Part shown: piece after piece, positions 9,952 through 19,900 of the stretch
Layout of the letters: every line of letters starts with the position of its first letter
Position numbering within the stretch: the first letter of the stretch is position 1
Source of the DNA: Dehalococcoidia bacterium
Lineage (GTDB): Bacteria; Chloroflexota; Dehalococcoidia; Plut-88900
NCBI GenBank assembly: GCA_965249275.1
Contig: CBDFLQ010000007.1
Location: forward strand, 160,001 to 224,000
Direction: 5' to 3'
DNA: 64,000 nt
Notes under the pieces: generated by a model
Told to the model about the DNA's origin: nothing
What the model saw: the letters and a program-made list of their open reading frames with translations, nothing else
Databases searched by the model: none
Program-made: the position numbers and the translations under genes

Positions 9952-10683
9952 ATGCCTGAACAACCCGCCAAGCTCCTTCCCCTCCCCGAAAACTGGAACC
10001 GCGCCCTGGCCATCGCCGCCCACCCCGACGACCTCGAATACGGCGCTGCCAGCGCCATCGCCCGCTGGACTTCTCAGGGCAAGGAGGTCGGCTACCTCAT
10101 GGTCACCAAGGGCGAGGCGGGCATCGATTCCATGCACCCCGAAGAGACCGCTCGTCTCCGCATGCAGGAGGAGATCAACAGCGCCCGAGTCGTCGGCGTA
10201 AACTACGTCGAATTCCTGGGATTCACCGATGGCGTTGTCGAGTATGGCCTCCCCCTCCGCCGCGCCATCACCCGAGAAATAAGAAAGTTCAAGCCCGACG
10301 TCATCATCAGCGGCAACTACGACCTGTTTTTTCCCGGCGGCCATTTCAACTTTGCCGACCACCGAGCTGTTGGCGTCGCCGTCCTGGACGCCGCCCGGGA
10401 CGCCGACAACCGTTGGATCTTCCCCGAACTCCTTGAAGAAGGCCACGAGCCATGGCATGGCATAAAGCACATCTTCATTGCCTCCCCCCCCGTCACCACT
10501 CATTACGTCGACGTGACAGATTCCATAGACAAGGGCATTGCGTCCCTTGAGGAACACAAAGTCTACATCGACAATCTCTCCCAGGACTTCAACCCGGAAG
10601 ATTTCCTCAGCTTCGGCGCCGCCGCCACCGGTATGCAAGCCGGCTGCGACTACGCCATCGGCTTCGGCTTCATGGACTTTTAA
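9952..10683 (+). CDS. PIG-L/LmbE-family deacetylase
   Basis: AHPDDLE, VTKGEAG and ADHRAVG motifs; ATG 9952 after AGGAGA. Confidence 0.9.
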   Translation: MPEQPAKLLPLPENWNRALAIAAHPDDLEYGAASAIARWTSQGKEVGYLMVTKGEAGIDSMHPEETARLRMQEEINSARVVGVNYVEFLGFTDGVVEYGLPLRRAITREIRKFKPDVIISGNYDLFFPGGHFNFADHRAVGVAVLDAARDADNRWIFPELLEEGHEPWHGIKHIFIASPPVTTHYVDVTDSIDKGIASLEEHKVYIDNLSQDFNPEDFLSFGAAATGMQAGCDYAIGFGFMDF

Positions 10684-10819
10684 CCCACCATAAATTGTCA
10701 TCCCGCCCCCCCACAAGGAATCCGGGGCAGGGCATTCCACTCGCCCTGAGGCTCTCGAAGGGTCTCAATGACGGAATGGTGGGTGGCCCTTCCTACCCCA
10801 CCCACCCACACCCTTGTCG

Positions 10820-10848
10820 TGTCATCCCGAGGCTCCGCGAGGGATCTA
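10820..10848 (-). repeat. REP-A palindrome (consensus TAGATTCCTCGCGGAGCCTCGGAATGACA), reverse orientation
   Basis: Reverse copies at 10820 and 13931; forward copies at 16499, 23643, 23980, 43926, 52296, 57521, 60574. Confidence 0.85.
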
Positions 10849-11025
10849 AGGCGTAGGCCCACCTTTTCAGCGATTACTTGAATGCTCCCGGTGGCCGAGA
10901 CGCACCGCCCTCTCCCGTCATCCCACCCTCCCGAGCCGGTCGAAGATGCTGCAAGTGCTCATTTGGCGTGCGCCGAGGCGTGAATCCATCCCACCCCCAT
11001 CCTCTTCCCCGTAGGGGCAGGTCTC

Positions 11026-12703
11026 GGAGTCTGTTTCATAAGTTATAGGCATATGGAGTAGGCTATGGTGGACAAGGTAGACAGCGTCATAAGGAGGTGA
11101 CTGGGGATGCCACATCGACCGATGAACCGGGAACAGGTATGGATGTTGCCGCCGAGTCTCGACGAGATGCTGGGGGCCGGTCATTCTGCTCGATTTGTTG
11201 CTGAGTTCGTCGATGCCTTGGATGGAGAGGGCTGGGCAGGGATTGGGATTGATAGAGACGGGGAGGCGATGGGAGCGCCGGCCTACCATCCCCGTGCGCT
11301 GTTGGGTGTGTGGCTGTACGGCTTCATGACCGGTGTGCGATCGAGCCGCAAGCTGGAGGCGGCCTGCTGCGACCAGATACCGTACCTTTGGCTGACGGGC
11401 TGCCAGCGCCCGGACCACGTGACGTTGTGGCGGTTTTACAGCTCGCATCGGGATGGTATGAGGAAGCTGCTCAAGCGGACGGTGCAGACGGCGGTTAATA
11501 TGGACCTGGTGGAGATGGCGGTGCAGGCGGTGGACGGGACGAAGATTAGAGCGAATGCGGCAAAGGACCGGACCTACGACGCCGCTGGGTTGCGCCGTCT
11601 GTTGGGCCGTTTGGAAGGTGCGATAGACGAGTTGGAAGCGCAGAACGAGGCTGGGGAGGAGTCGGCTATCGGCCATCTGCCGGAGAGGTTGCAAGACCGC
11701 AAGGCATTGCGTGAGCGGGTGCGTGAGACGGTGCACAGACTTGCCGATCGGGATGGGCAAAAGCAGATCAACCTGACCGATCAGGACGCCCGGATGATGA
11801 AGACGCGACAGGGTTATGCGGTGGCCTACAACGCCCAGGCGATGGTCTCTACGGTAGCAGCGGCTGAGGGTAAAGCGCCCGGCATGCTGATCACGGCAGT
11901 TGATGTGGTGAACGACATATCCGACAGACGGCAACTGGGTGCGATGATGGAGAAGGCTGAGGAGACGTTGGGACAAAGGACGGAGATGACGTTGGCGGAT
12001 GCGGGCTATCACTCCGGGAACAATCTACAGGAGTGCGCCCTAAGAGGCCAACGGGTGGTGATGCCTGAGTCGCAGGACCGGGCGCTGCAGAGCCCGTATC
12101 ACAAAGACCGTTTCACCTACGACGAGGCGAGCGACAGCTACCGTTGCCCCGAGGGCCGGTTGCTGCGCTTCACTCGCACCAAGCGCACTCGCAACACAGC
12201 AATGCGGCTCTACCGGGCATCAGGGGCCGTGTGCCGGGCCTGCCCGGCCTTCGGGGTCTGTACGAAAGACAAGCGTCATGGGCGTGCCCTGGAGATCGGT
12301 TCCCACGACGCTGCGTTGCGTCGACACCGGGCCTGGATGTCCACCGAAGAAGCCAAGGGTGCGTATAAACAGAGAATGCAACTGGTAGAACCGGTCTTCG
12401 GTATCATCAAGGAGCAACAGCAAGCCCACAGGTTCCTGTTGCGTGGCTTAACCAACGTCTCGGCTGAATGGAGCCTGCTCGCCACAGCCTTCAACTTGCG
12501 CACCCTGTGGAGGATACGGCGAGCCGCAGCTACCTGGACAAAGCATTGGGTAGCCGAGGGCGCATACTCGGCCTATCGGGCGCTTCGGACGGCAATCGTG
12601 GGCACACTCAGCCCCCTGCTTCGATTAATGCGGCTCCGCCATCAGCCAGCCCGACCAAGCCAACTCCCCACGTCAAGCACAACCTACATCTGAAACAGAC
12701 TCC
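11026..12703 (+). mobile_element. IS1182-family insertion sequence
   Basis: Perfect 13-bp IRs GGAGTCTGTTTCA / TGAAACAGACTCC around the transposase. Confidence 0.88.
11107..12693 (+). CDS. IS1182-family transposase
   Basis: GAPAYHP, SSRKLE, VDGTKIRANA, TDQDARMM, LADAGY, VEPVFGIIK motifs. Confidence 0.93.
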   Translation: MPHRPMNREQVWMLPPSLDEMLGAGHSARFVAEFVDALDGEGWAGIGIDRDGEAMGAPAYHPRALLGVWLYGFMTGVRSSRKLEAACCDQIPYLWLTGCQRPDHVTLWRFYSSHRDGMRKLLKRTVQTAVNMDLVEMAVQAVDGTKIRANAAKDRTYDAAGLRRLLGRLEGAIDELEAQNEAGEESAIGHLPERLQDRKALRERVRETVHRLADRDGQKQINLTDQDARMMKTRQGYAVAYNAQAMVSTVAAAEGKAPGMLITAVDVVNDISDRRQLGAMMEKAEETLGQRTEMTLADAGYHSGNNLQECALRGQRVVMPESQDRALQSPYHKDRFTYDEASDSYRCPEGRLLRFTRTKRTRNTAMRLYRASGAVCRACPAFGVCTKDKRHGRALEIGSHDAALRRHRAWMSTEEAKGAYKQRMQLVEPVFGIIKEQQQAHRFLLRGLTNVSAEWSLLATAFNLRTLWRIRRAAATWTKHWVAEGAYSAYRALRTAIVGTLSPLLRLMRLRHQPARPSQLPTSSTTYI

Positions 12704-12864
12704 CCGTGCCTGCCCAGTCCCCACGCCCGCACACCTTGACCCGCAGAACACTGAATGCGGTAACCTCCGGGCCTGTCCGTCCCCTCTCCCTTAAAGGCCC
12801 AAAGGCGTCGTAGACCCGCCTTTAGCGGAAGAGGGGGCCAGGGGGAGAGGGTTCCCTATCCGCT

Positions 12865-13779
12865 CTACAACTTCGACAAATACTGATCGAAAATATCCAC
12901 ACCCACGAACCCGCTGTACGCCCTCTCCAGCCTCTGTGTCACGGGGCCCGGTATCCGACCATCCGCAATCGGCGCACCATTCACACTCGACACCGGGCAG
13001 ATGCACAGGCTAGTTGACGTAATGAACACTTCGTCCGCATTGTAGGCGTCAAACATGTCCAAGTCAGTCTCCACCGTCTCGATATCCATCTCCCGAGCCA
13101 GGTCAAGCACCGTCTGCCTGCTGATCCCTTCCAACGTGAACCGGTCGATGGGAGTATGAATCGCGCCGTCCTTCACCAGGAAGATGTTGCTGCCCGCTCC
13201 CTCGGCCAGGTTTCCGCTGACATCCAGCAGCACTGCCCATGCCTCCGAGTCCTGCGCCTTGACCTCCAGGTCAGCCAGCACCATGTTCACGTAGTTGTGC
13301 GTCTTCGCGCGAGGACTCATCGACGAAGGGGGCGTCCGACGCACCGATGGCGTGATCACCCGGATTCCGTCCCGGTAAAGATTGGCCCTCTGTTTGAAGG
13401 GGATCGGGTCCGTCTGGATAATAACCGTGGCCCCTCCGGCCTCTTTCGGGTTGTGCGACGGCGGATCGACTCCCCGAGTCACCCGCTGGATCACCCAGTA
13501 GTCCGCCCCCTCTTCCAGCAGAGGCAGGTTCGCATTGACTACCTCGTGGGTCAGTTCCGCCATCCTGTCCTTGCTCATTCCCGGGTCGAGCCTCAGGTAC
13601 TTGCAAGACCTGTACAGCCTGTCCAGGTGCTCCCGCACCTTGAATACCTGCCCGTTGAACGTCCGGGTGTTGTCGAACACCGCGTCGCCCATCTTGAAGC
13701 CCCGGTCCTGAATCGAGACCTTTGCCTCGCTCTCGGGAACAATCTCTCCGTTAATATAAACAACTCGTTCCTTCGTCAA
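12865..13779 (-). CDS. Class IV PLP aminotransferase (branched-chain/D-amino acid type)
   Basis: YINGEIVPESEAKVSIQDRGF, AKTHNY, EGAGSNIF, LEGISR, ADEVFITST; TTG 13779 after AAAGGAA. Confidence 0.88.
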   Translation of the reverse strand: MTKERVVYINGEIVPESEAKVSIQDRGFKMGDAVFDNTRTFNGQVFKVREHLDRLYRSCKYLRLDPGMSKDRMAELTHEVVNANLPLLEEGADYWVIQRVTRGVDPPSHNPKEAGGATVIIQTDPIPFKQRANLYRDGIRVITPSVRRTPPSSMSPRAKTHNYVNMVLADLEVKAQDSEAWAVLLDVSGNLAEGAGSNIFLVKDGAIHTPIDRFTLEGISRQTVLDLAREMDIETVETDLDMFDAYNADEVFITSTSLCICPVSSVNGAPIADGRIPGPVTQRLERAYSGFVGVDIFDQYLSKL

Positions 13780-13849
13780 CTTCGATTCCTTTCCTGCCTT
13801 GTCATTTTCTCCCTCCGACACTCTTATACCAACTGGTGCTGGACGGGCC

Positions 13850-13888
13850 GGGGCCGCTCGTGCTGAGCCCGTCGAAGTATGAGCGGGG
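13850..13888 (-). repeat. REP-B palindrome (CCCCGCTCATACTTCGACGGGCTCAGCACGAGCGGCCCC), reverse orientation
   Basis: Forward copies at about 22168, 23403, 24069, 25432, 32958, 41361, 52545, 53690-54011 (x4), 56372, 61934; variant B' at 9791 (reverse), 16589, 16817, 33004, 52405. Confidence 0.85.
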
Positions 13889-14042
13889 CGGGGGCCAATC
13901 CCCTCTCCCTCGGCGGAAACTTTGTACAACTGTCATTCCGAGGCCCCGCGAGGAATCTGGGGCTGGGTCCCATCCCCTCTCCCTTGACGGGAGTCGTAGA
14001 TGCGCCGAGGCGTGAGGGCTAGGGCTAGGGTGAACTTCTCCC

Positions 14043-15074
14043 CTAAACCGTCACCTCCGCCGCCCGAAGCGCGGGCATTACCTCTTTCGCAAACATCTCC
14101 ATCGACGCCATCGCCTTGTCAGTCTCCAGCGCCCCGATGTCAAACTGGCAAAGCAGCGTGGTCACGTTCGCCTCGTCCCTGAATGCCCGAATCTTCCGCA
14201 AGCACTCCTCCGGCGTCCCCAGCATTAGCGTCGTCTCCAGCAACTCCTCGGCGGATGGTTCGTCGGGTAGCCGGTCAGAGTACGCCCGACCGTCGATAAT
14301 CCTTTCCCTCCCCGCCCGGAGCGACCCCGCTGTCCTGCGGACATACATCCCGTTTTCGAACTGCGCCGCCACCTCCTCGGGATCGTGGGAGACGTAGGTG
14401 TGCCGCAGGATCGTGAACTCCCTTGGCCCCCAGCCGTTGGCGTCGAGACCCTCCCGGAATATCCGGTTGTTGTTCTTCAGGTTGTCCATCGCCCCCGAGC
14501 AGATCGTGTGATAGCCCCGCTCCCCACTCAACTCCATGCTTGTCGGGCTGCTCCCCGCGTGCCAGAAGGGTGGATGGGGTTGCTGCAGGGGCCGGGGAAA
14601 CGTCCATGTCTTCGGAAACTGGTAGTGCTTCCCTTCGTGGGCAACGCCGTTTTCCGAAAGGCACCGGGTCACGATCTCCATGTACTCGTTGAACCGCTCG
14701 AAGTTCTCCTCGATAGGCACCCCGAACCGGTTGAATTCGTAGGGCTGATAACCTCTGCCAACCCCCAGGTCGAGTCGTCCATCCGTCAGCTGGTCCGCCA
14801 TCCCGATCTCCTCGGCCAGCCTGAGCGGGTTGTAGAAGGGCACCACCATCACCCCAATGCCGATACGGGCTTTCTTGGTGCGTTCCGCCAGCTTCACGGC
14901 CATCAGTAGTGGGTTGGGGCAGTAGCCGTAGCTGGAAAAGTGGTGCTCAGCCAGCCACACCGAGTCGAAGCCCAACTGGTCCGCAAATGCAGCCATCTCT
15001 ACAGTGCGGCCGTACACGTCTTCTGCTGGCTTCATCTCAGGAGACTGGTTCAAAAAGAAGGCCCCGAATTTCAT
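14043..15074 (-). CDS. LLM-class (luciferase-like) flavin-dependent oxidoreductase
   Basis: GFDSVWLAEHHF, PLRLAEE, GRLDLGVGRGY, PRPLQQPHPP, GTPEE motifs. Confidence 0.92.
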   Translation of the reverse strand: MKFGAFFLNQSPEMKPAEDVYGRTVEMAAFADQLGFDSVWLAEHHFSSYGYCPNPLLMAVKLAERTKKARIGIGVMVVPFYNPLRLAEEIGMADQLTDGRLDLGVGRGYQPYEFNRFGVPIEENFERFNEYMEIVTRCLSENGVAHEGKHYQFPKTWTFPRPLQQPHPPFWHAGSSPTSMELSGERGYHTICSGAMDNLKNNNRIFREGLDANGWGPREFTILRHTYVSHDPEEVAAQFENGMYVRRTAGSLRAGRERIIDGRAYSDRLPDEPSAEELLETTLMLGTPEECLRKIRAFRDEANVTTLLCQFDIGALETDKAMASMEMFAKEVMPALRAAEVTV

Positions 15075-15236
15075 ACATATTCTCCTTACGGCTTATCTGC
15101 GCTGGAACGCCAAACATTATAGTCATCCCCCTCTCCCCCTGTCGATTAGACATCCCCCTCCCCCTTTCCATAAGACCCTTGCATAACCCCAATGCCGGAC
15201 GGTGTCGGGAAGACTTATCCCCTCTCCCTTGATGGG

Positions 15237-15288
15237 TGTACAGACCGGGGACATGGGTTACAGTTGTTCGGGGAGATAGGTAACACAT
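15237..15288. mobile_element. Orphan IS481-type terminal end (remnant)
   Basis: TGTACAGACCGGGGACATGGGTTACA...AGATAGGTAACAC matches the ends of the IS481 at 59155-60455; followed within about 12 bp by the IS5. Confidence 0.75.
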
Positions 15289-15300
15289 TCTATCGACTTA

Positions 15301-16498
15301 GGGAAGCTCTGAACAACTCACTGTAAACCAGCTTAGGTTGTCTTGCATGGAGTTTTGGGGAGAGGTTGGGTCGTAATGTTGCGTCTCGGTGGCTTATTTG
15401 CATCCTATGTTCTGGCCTGTCAGGGCATCCAGTCACCATCGACCCGGATTTGACCACACTGCTCCTCCGTCACACCGCTAAGTGGCGCTCGGCCCTTACC
15501 AAGTTGGCCAGCCCCAGCAGCATCGCCACCCGTTGCGTGTTCTTGTACAAGCCCCTGTAGCGGACCTTGGCGTAGCCGAAGTGCCGTTTCACGTACAGGA
15601 ACGGATGCTCCACCTTAGCCCTGATGGATGATTTGCTCTTCTCCGCTAAGGCCTCGCAGCTCCCCGCCCTCAGTTTCCGACGCCGTCCAGGTCTCATCGC
15701 CACCCGCCACTCCACATCCATATCCCGATTCTCCGCCCGCTTCTCCACTCCCTGATATCCCGCATCTCCCCACACTCGCCTCTCCCCTCCATGCAGCAGC
15801 CGGTGCGCCTCCGTCACGTCATGCACGTTCGCAGCTGTCGTACTCATACTGTGCACCACCCCCGTGTCAGCGTCTGCACCAATGTGCACTTTCATACCGA
15901 AGTGCCACTCCTTCCCCTTCTTCACTTGGTGCATATCGGGGTCTCGCTCTCCAGCACGGTTCTTCGTAGACGCCGGCGCCTCGATGATGCTCGCATCCAC
16001 AATCGTACCCTCCCTGAGCCTCAGTCCCCGAGACTCCAGATGACGGTTGATCTCCTCGAACAGCCCCCGACCCAACTCCTGCTCTTCCAGCAGATGGCGG
16101 AAGTTCAGTATCGTAGTCTCGTCAGGCAAGGGGCCGGACAGCCTCAGACCTGCGAACCGCCTCACCGACTCCACCTCGTAGAGCATGTCCTCCATGCCCG
16201 GATCGCTCAGGTTGTAGAACAGCTGCACGCAGTGTATCCGCAGCATCACCGACAACTCGTAGGGCCTCCGTCCACGGCCCGCCCTGGAATAGTAGGGCCG
16301 GATTCGCTCCTCTAACTTTCCCCATGGAACCAGGTCCTCCATCCGCTCCAGAAATATCTCCCGGCGGGTCTTTCGCTTCTTGCCCTCGTATTCCAAGTCT
16401 GCAAATGTCGGCTGCTCCATCAAATCTCACCTCAGCTTTGGCCTTACTCTCCCTATCTTACCTATTACCTATGCCCTTAGACTTGTTCAGAGGTTTCC
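15301..16498 (-). mobile_element. IS5-family insertion sequence
   Basis: IRs GGGAAGCTCTGAACAA / TTGTTCAGAGGTTTCC (14/16 match); TA on both sides. Confidence 0.88.
15470..16423 (-). CDS. IS5-family transposase
   Basis: QPTFADLEY..KKRKTRRE, PDETTILNFRHLLE, IVDASII, WHFGMKVHIG, GDAGYQG, RAKVEHPF. Confidence 0.95.
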   Translation of the reverse strand: MMEQPTFADLEYEGKKRKTRREIFLERMEDLVPWGKLEERIRPYYSRAGRGRRPYELSVMLRIHCVQLFYNLSDPGMEDMLYEVESVRRFAGLRLSGPLPDETTILNFRHLLEEQELGRGLFEEINRHLESRGLRLREGTIVDASIIEAPASTKNRAGERDPDMHQVKKGKEWHFGMKVHIGADADTGVVHSMSTTAANVHDVTEAHRLLHGGERRVWGDAGYQGVEKRAENRDMDVEWRVAMRPGRRRKLRAGSCEALAEKSKSSIRAKVEHPFLYVKRHFGYAKVRYRGLYKNTQRVAMLLGLANLVRAERHLAV

Positions 16499-16939
16499 TA
16501 GATTCCTCGCGGGGCATCGGAATGACAGGGTTAAGGGGGTTGGAGTGGGGGAGGGGCGGACGCGACGGATCGGCAATGCGTGGACTGCCCCCGCTCGACC
16601 CTTCGACGGAGCTCAGGGTGAGCGGCCCTTCCCCAAGGATGGATTCACGCCTCGGCGCATCTTTGACCGGCTCTCTCGGCAGTCGGAATGGCGGAGGGGG
16701 AGGGAGTCCCGGCTCGGCGGGGGGGTGCGCCTTCAGGAGGGATGGATTCACGCCTTGGCGCATCTGCGACCTGCCTCCGCAGGAAAGACGGATGAGGGGT
16801 GGCAGTGTGGGGCGGTCCCCGCTCGCCCTTCGACCCGCCTCAGCGGACTTACAGCAAGCTCAGGGTGAGCGGCCCCTCACAGGGATGGATTCCGTCTCGG
16901 GGGCCGGAATGACGAGGTTGGAGAGGGAGGCGCGCTGGG

Positions 16940-19900
16940 TTAGGAGGGTTGTTGGGTGGGGCGGGGGGCGGCTGATACCATCTGGGCTGCGACCAGCTGG
17001 GCGTAGAGGCCGTTTCGTTCCATCAACTCGTCGTGGCTGCCCTCTTCGACTTTGCGACCACGGTCGAGGACTATCAACTTGTCGGCGTCTCGGACTGTGG
17101 AGAGCCGGTGGGCGATGATGACTGTGCTTCTGCCGGACATCAGGCGGTTGAGGGCCTGTCGCACCTGGTGCTCGCTGACGGCGTCGAGATGGGAGGTGGC
17201 TTCGTCGAGGATGAGGACTGGGGCGTTCTTTAAGAGGGCTCGGGCGATGGAGATGCGTTGGCGCTGACCGCCGGAGAGCTGCATTCCCCGCTCGCCGACC
17301 ATGGTGTCGTAGCCCTCAGGGAAAGAGGATACGAAGCCGTGAGCATTGGCCTGCTGGGCGGCTTCCTCGATCTCTTCCTGGGAAGCCCCGAATTTGCCCA
17401 AGGCGATGTTGTCCCCGATGCTGGCGTTGAAGAGATAGGTGTCCTGGGTGACGAAGGCGATGCTGTCTCGTAGGGGGTCGAGCCGGAATTCCTTCAGGTT
17501 GTGATTGCCCAGGGATACCTCGCCGGACTGAGGATCCCAAAAGCGCATTAGGAGATAGGCGCAGGTGCTCTTACCCGCCCCCGACCTTCCGACAAGGGCC
17601 ACGGTCTGCCCGGGCTCGATGGTGAAGCTGAGATCGGAGACGGCCTGGGGAAGGCCCGGACCGTAGGCGAAGGAAGTGCCTTCGAAGCGGACCAAGGGCG
17701 CTGTGGGCACTGCAACCTCTCCGGGTGCAGCTACGCCGGGACCGTCCTGGACGGACATAGGTTCATCGTGGACGGCGAAGACGCGGCGGCCTGCGGCAAG
17801 GGTCTCCATGAGGTCCTTGCCGGTGCGTGCGAGGTCTGATACGGGAGAGAAGGTGGAGAGGGCAAGGAGGGCGGCAAGGGGCAGGTCAGGACGGTCCATC
17901 CTGCCTTCCAAAACTAGCCATGCGCCCATTGCCAGTACCGCAAGGCCCCCAAGCCCCGTGATCGATTCTATGAAGGAGGTCTGCGACTCCTGGGCCTTCT
18001 TGAACTTGAGCTGGCTCCCTGCGAAGTCCCAACCCCGTTCTCGGATGTCGCCGGTCCTTGCGGGGCCCTGATCGAAGGCGGATATCTCCCGCATTCCCTG
18101 GATGTTATCGACCATCTGGGCATGGATGCCGCCGAGCTTGCTCAGCACTTCGTCGCCGAGACGTTCGTTGGTCTTCTGGGCGTAGAAGGGGCGGATTGCA
18201 ACGGCGAAGAGGAAAGGCAAAAGAACAATGGCGAGGGGCCAGGAGATGAGGGCAAGGGTGATGAGGACGGCAAGGGGCACGACAAAGGCCACGAAGGCCG
18301 GGCTGATGGTGTGGGCGAAGAAATACTCGATCTTCTCGATGTCTCCGCCGACGACACCTACGATGTCCCCAGACCTACGTTTAACCAGATAGGCGGGGGC
18401 TATGGCGTCCATCTTGCGGTACATGTCGATACGCATCTCGGCCAGGAGCCTGTAGGCGAGGTCGTGGGCGAGCCAGCCCTCGGCCCAAGTGAAGAATGCG
18501 GTGAGCGGGGCAAAGACCGCGAGGAGGATGAGGTATAGGGTCAGGTCTCCGCCCCGGAACACTTCGCCGACCAGCAACGCGCTGATCACGCCAAGTCCGA
18601 TTATGGAGCCGTGATGGGCAATGCCCAAGAGGAAAGTGACAGTCTGCTGTTTCCACCAGGGGACGATAAGTGTCATCAACCTCCGGAGGATCGTGAACGC
18701 GCCCATTGGATAAGAAGCCTCGAGAGCGGCAGGCGCAGGCAGGGGTTCCTCCTCGTGGGGTGGGGAGGCGAGGCCATCGACGGCGCTGGTGAGCTGGTCT
18801 ACAGTTGCGAGATTTGCCGGGCGGGAGGCAAACCCGGCGGTCTGCTGGTCGGCCATGAGCCGGGCGTAGATACCGTCGGCGGCGATAAGCTCGTCGTGGG
18901 AGCCTATTTCGACGAGATGGCTGTCTTCCAGGACGAGGATACGGTCGGCACCGACGATGCTGGAGAGGCGGTGGGCGATTATCAGGGTTGTGCGGCCTTG
19001 CATGAGCCGGTCCAGGGCTTCCTGGATTACGGCCTCGTTTTCGGCGTCCACGCTGGACAGGGCCTCGTCGAGGATAAGGATTGGGGCATCCTTCAGGAGG
19101 GCTCGAGCGATGGCGATGCGCTGCCGCTGGCCGCCCGAGAGGCGGATAGCCCTCTCACCAACATAGGTGTCGTAGCCCTGGGGGAGCTCGGAGATGAACT
19201 CGTGGGCATTGGCGGCTCTTGCGGCGGCTTCCAATTGTTCCTGGGTGGCGTCGCCCTTGCCGAACCTGAGGTTGTCGGCGACGGTGCCATGAAAGAGGTA
19301 GGTGTCCTGGGTGACGACCGCGATCTGCTCCCGGATTCGTTCGAGGGGAAGGTCTTTCAAGTCCTGTCCGCCGAGAAGAATGCGGCCCTTCTGGGGATCG
19401 AAGAAGCGATATGCCAGCCAGACGAGGGTCGATTTTCCTGCACCACTTGGCCCCGCCACACCTAGCTTTTCACCCTTGCCCAGGGTGAACGATACGTTCT
19501 CAAGGGCGTTGCCCCGGCCCTGATTGTAGCCGAAGGTAACGTTTTCGAAGCGGATTTCGGCGGCGAGGGGAGCGGTATTAGGGGTGTCGGGAGTGGGTGT
19601 GTTCCTGGGGCCTTCGATCTCTACGGGCTCTGCCATGAGGTTGAAGATGCTCTGCGCGGCTGCACTTGCGATCATGCCTTTGTGATAGAGCTGGGTCAGT
19701 TCCCGGAGAGGCCTGAAGACCTCGACGCCGAACATCATGACGATCAGGAGAGTTCGAATCTCCATGTCACCGGCGCTGACCCGGGCTGCTCCCACGCCGA
19801 GGGCGACGGCTGCACCGGCAGAGATTCCCAGCACGGTAACGCCGCCGGTGGCAATGTTGGCGGCGAGGACACCCATAGTGCTTCGATATAGGGCACGGGC

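Noticed and set aside
8702-10201. 499-aa + strand ORF
   Set aside because: Antisense shadow of the IS481 transposase running through REP DNA; no motifs
15200-16600. Replication origin at the C-to-G skew switch
   Set aside because: No dnaA/dnaN, no DnaA-box cluster and no AT-rich unwinding element seen; the switch coincides with an IS junction
16324-17118. 264-aa ORF and similar ORFs across REP clusters (22035, 23479-23925, 32846, 52389, 53738, 61864)
   Set aside because: Translations of repeat DNA giving recurrent pseudo-motifs (e.g. AHTSTGSARAAP, LILREPQHER); no RBS or family signal
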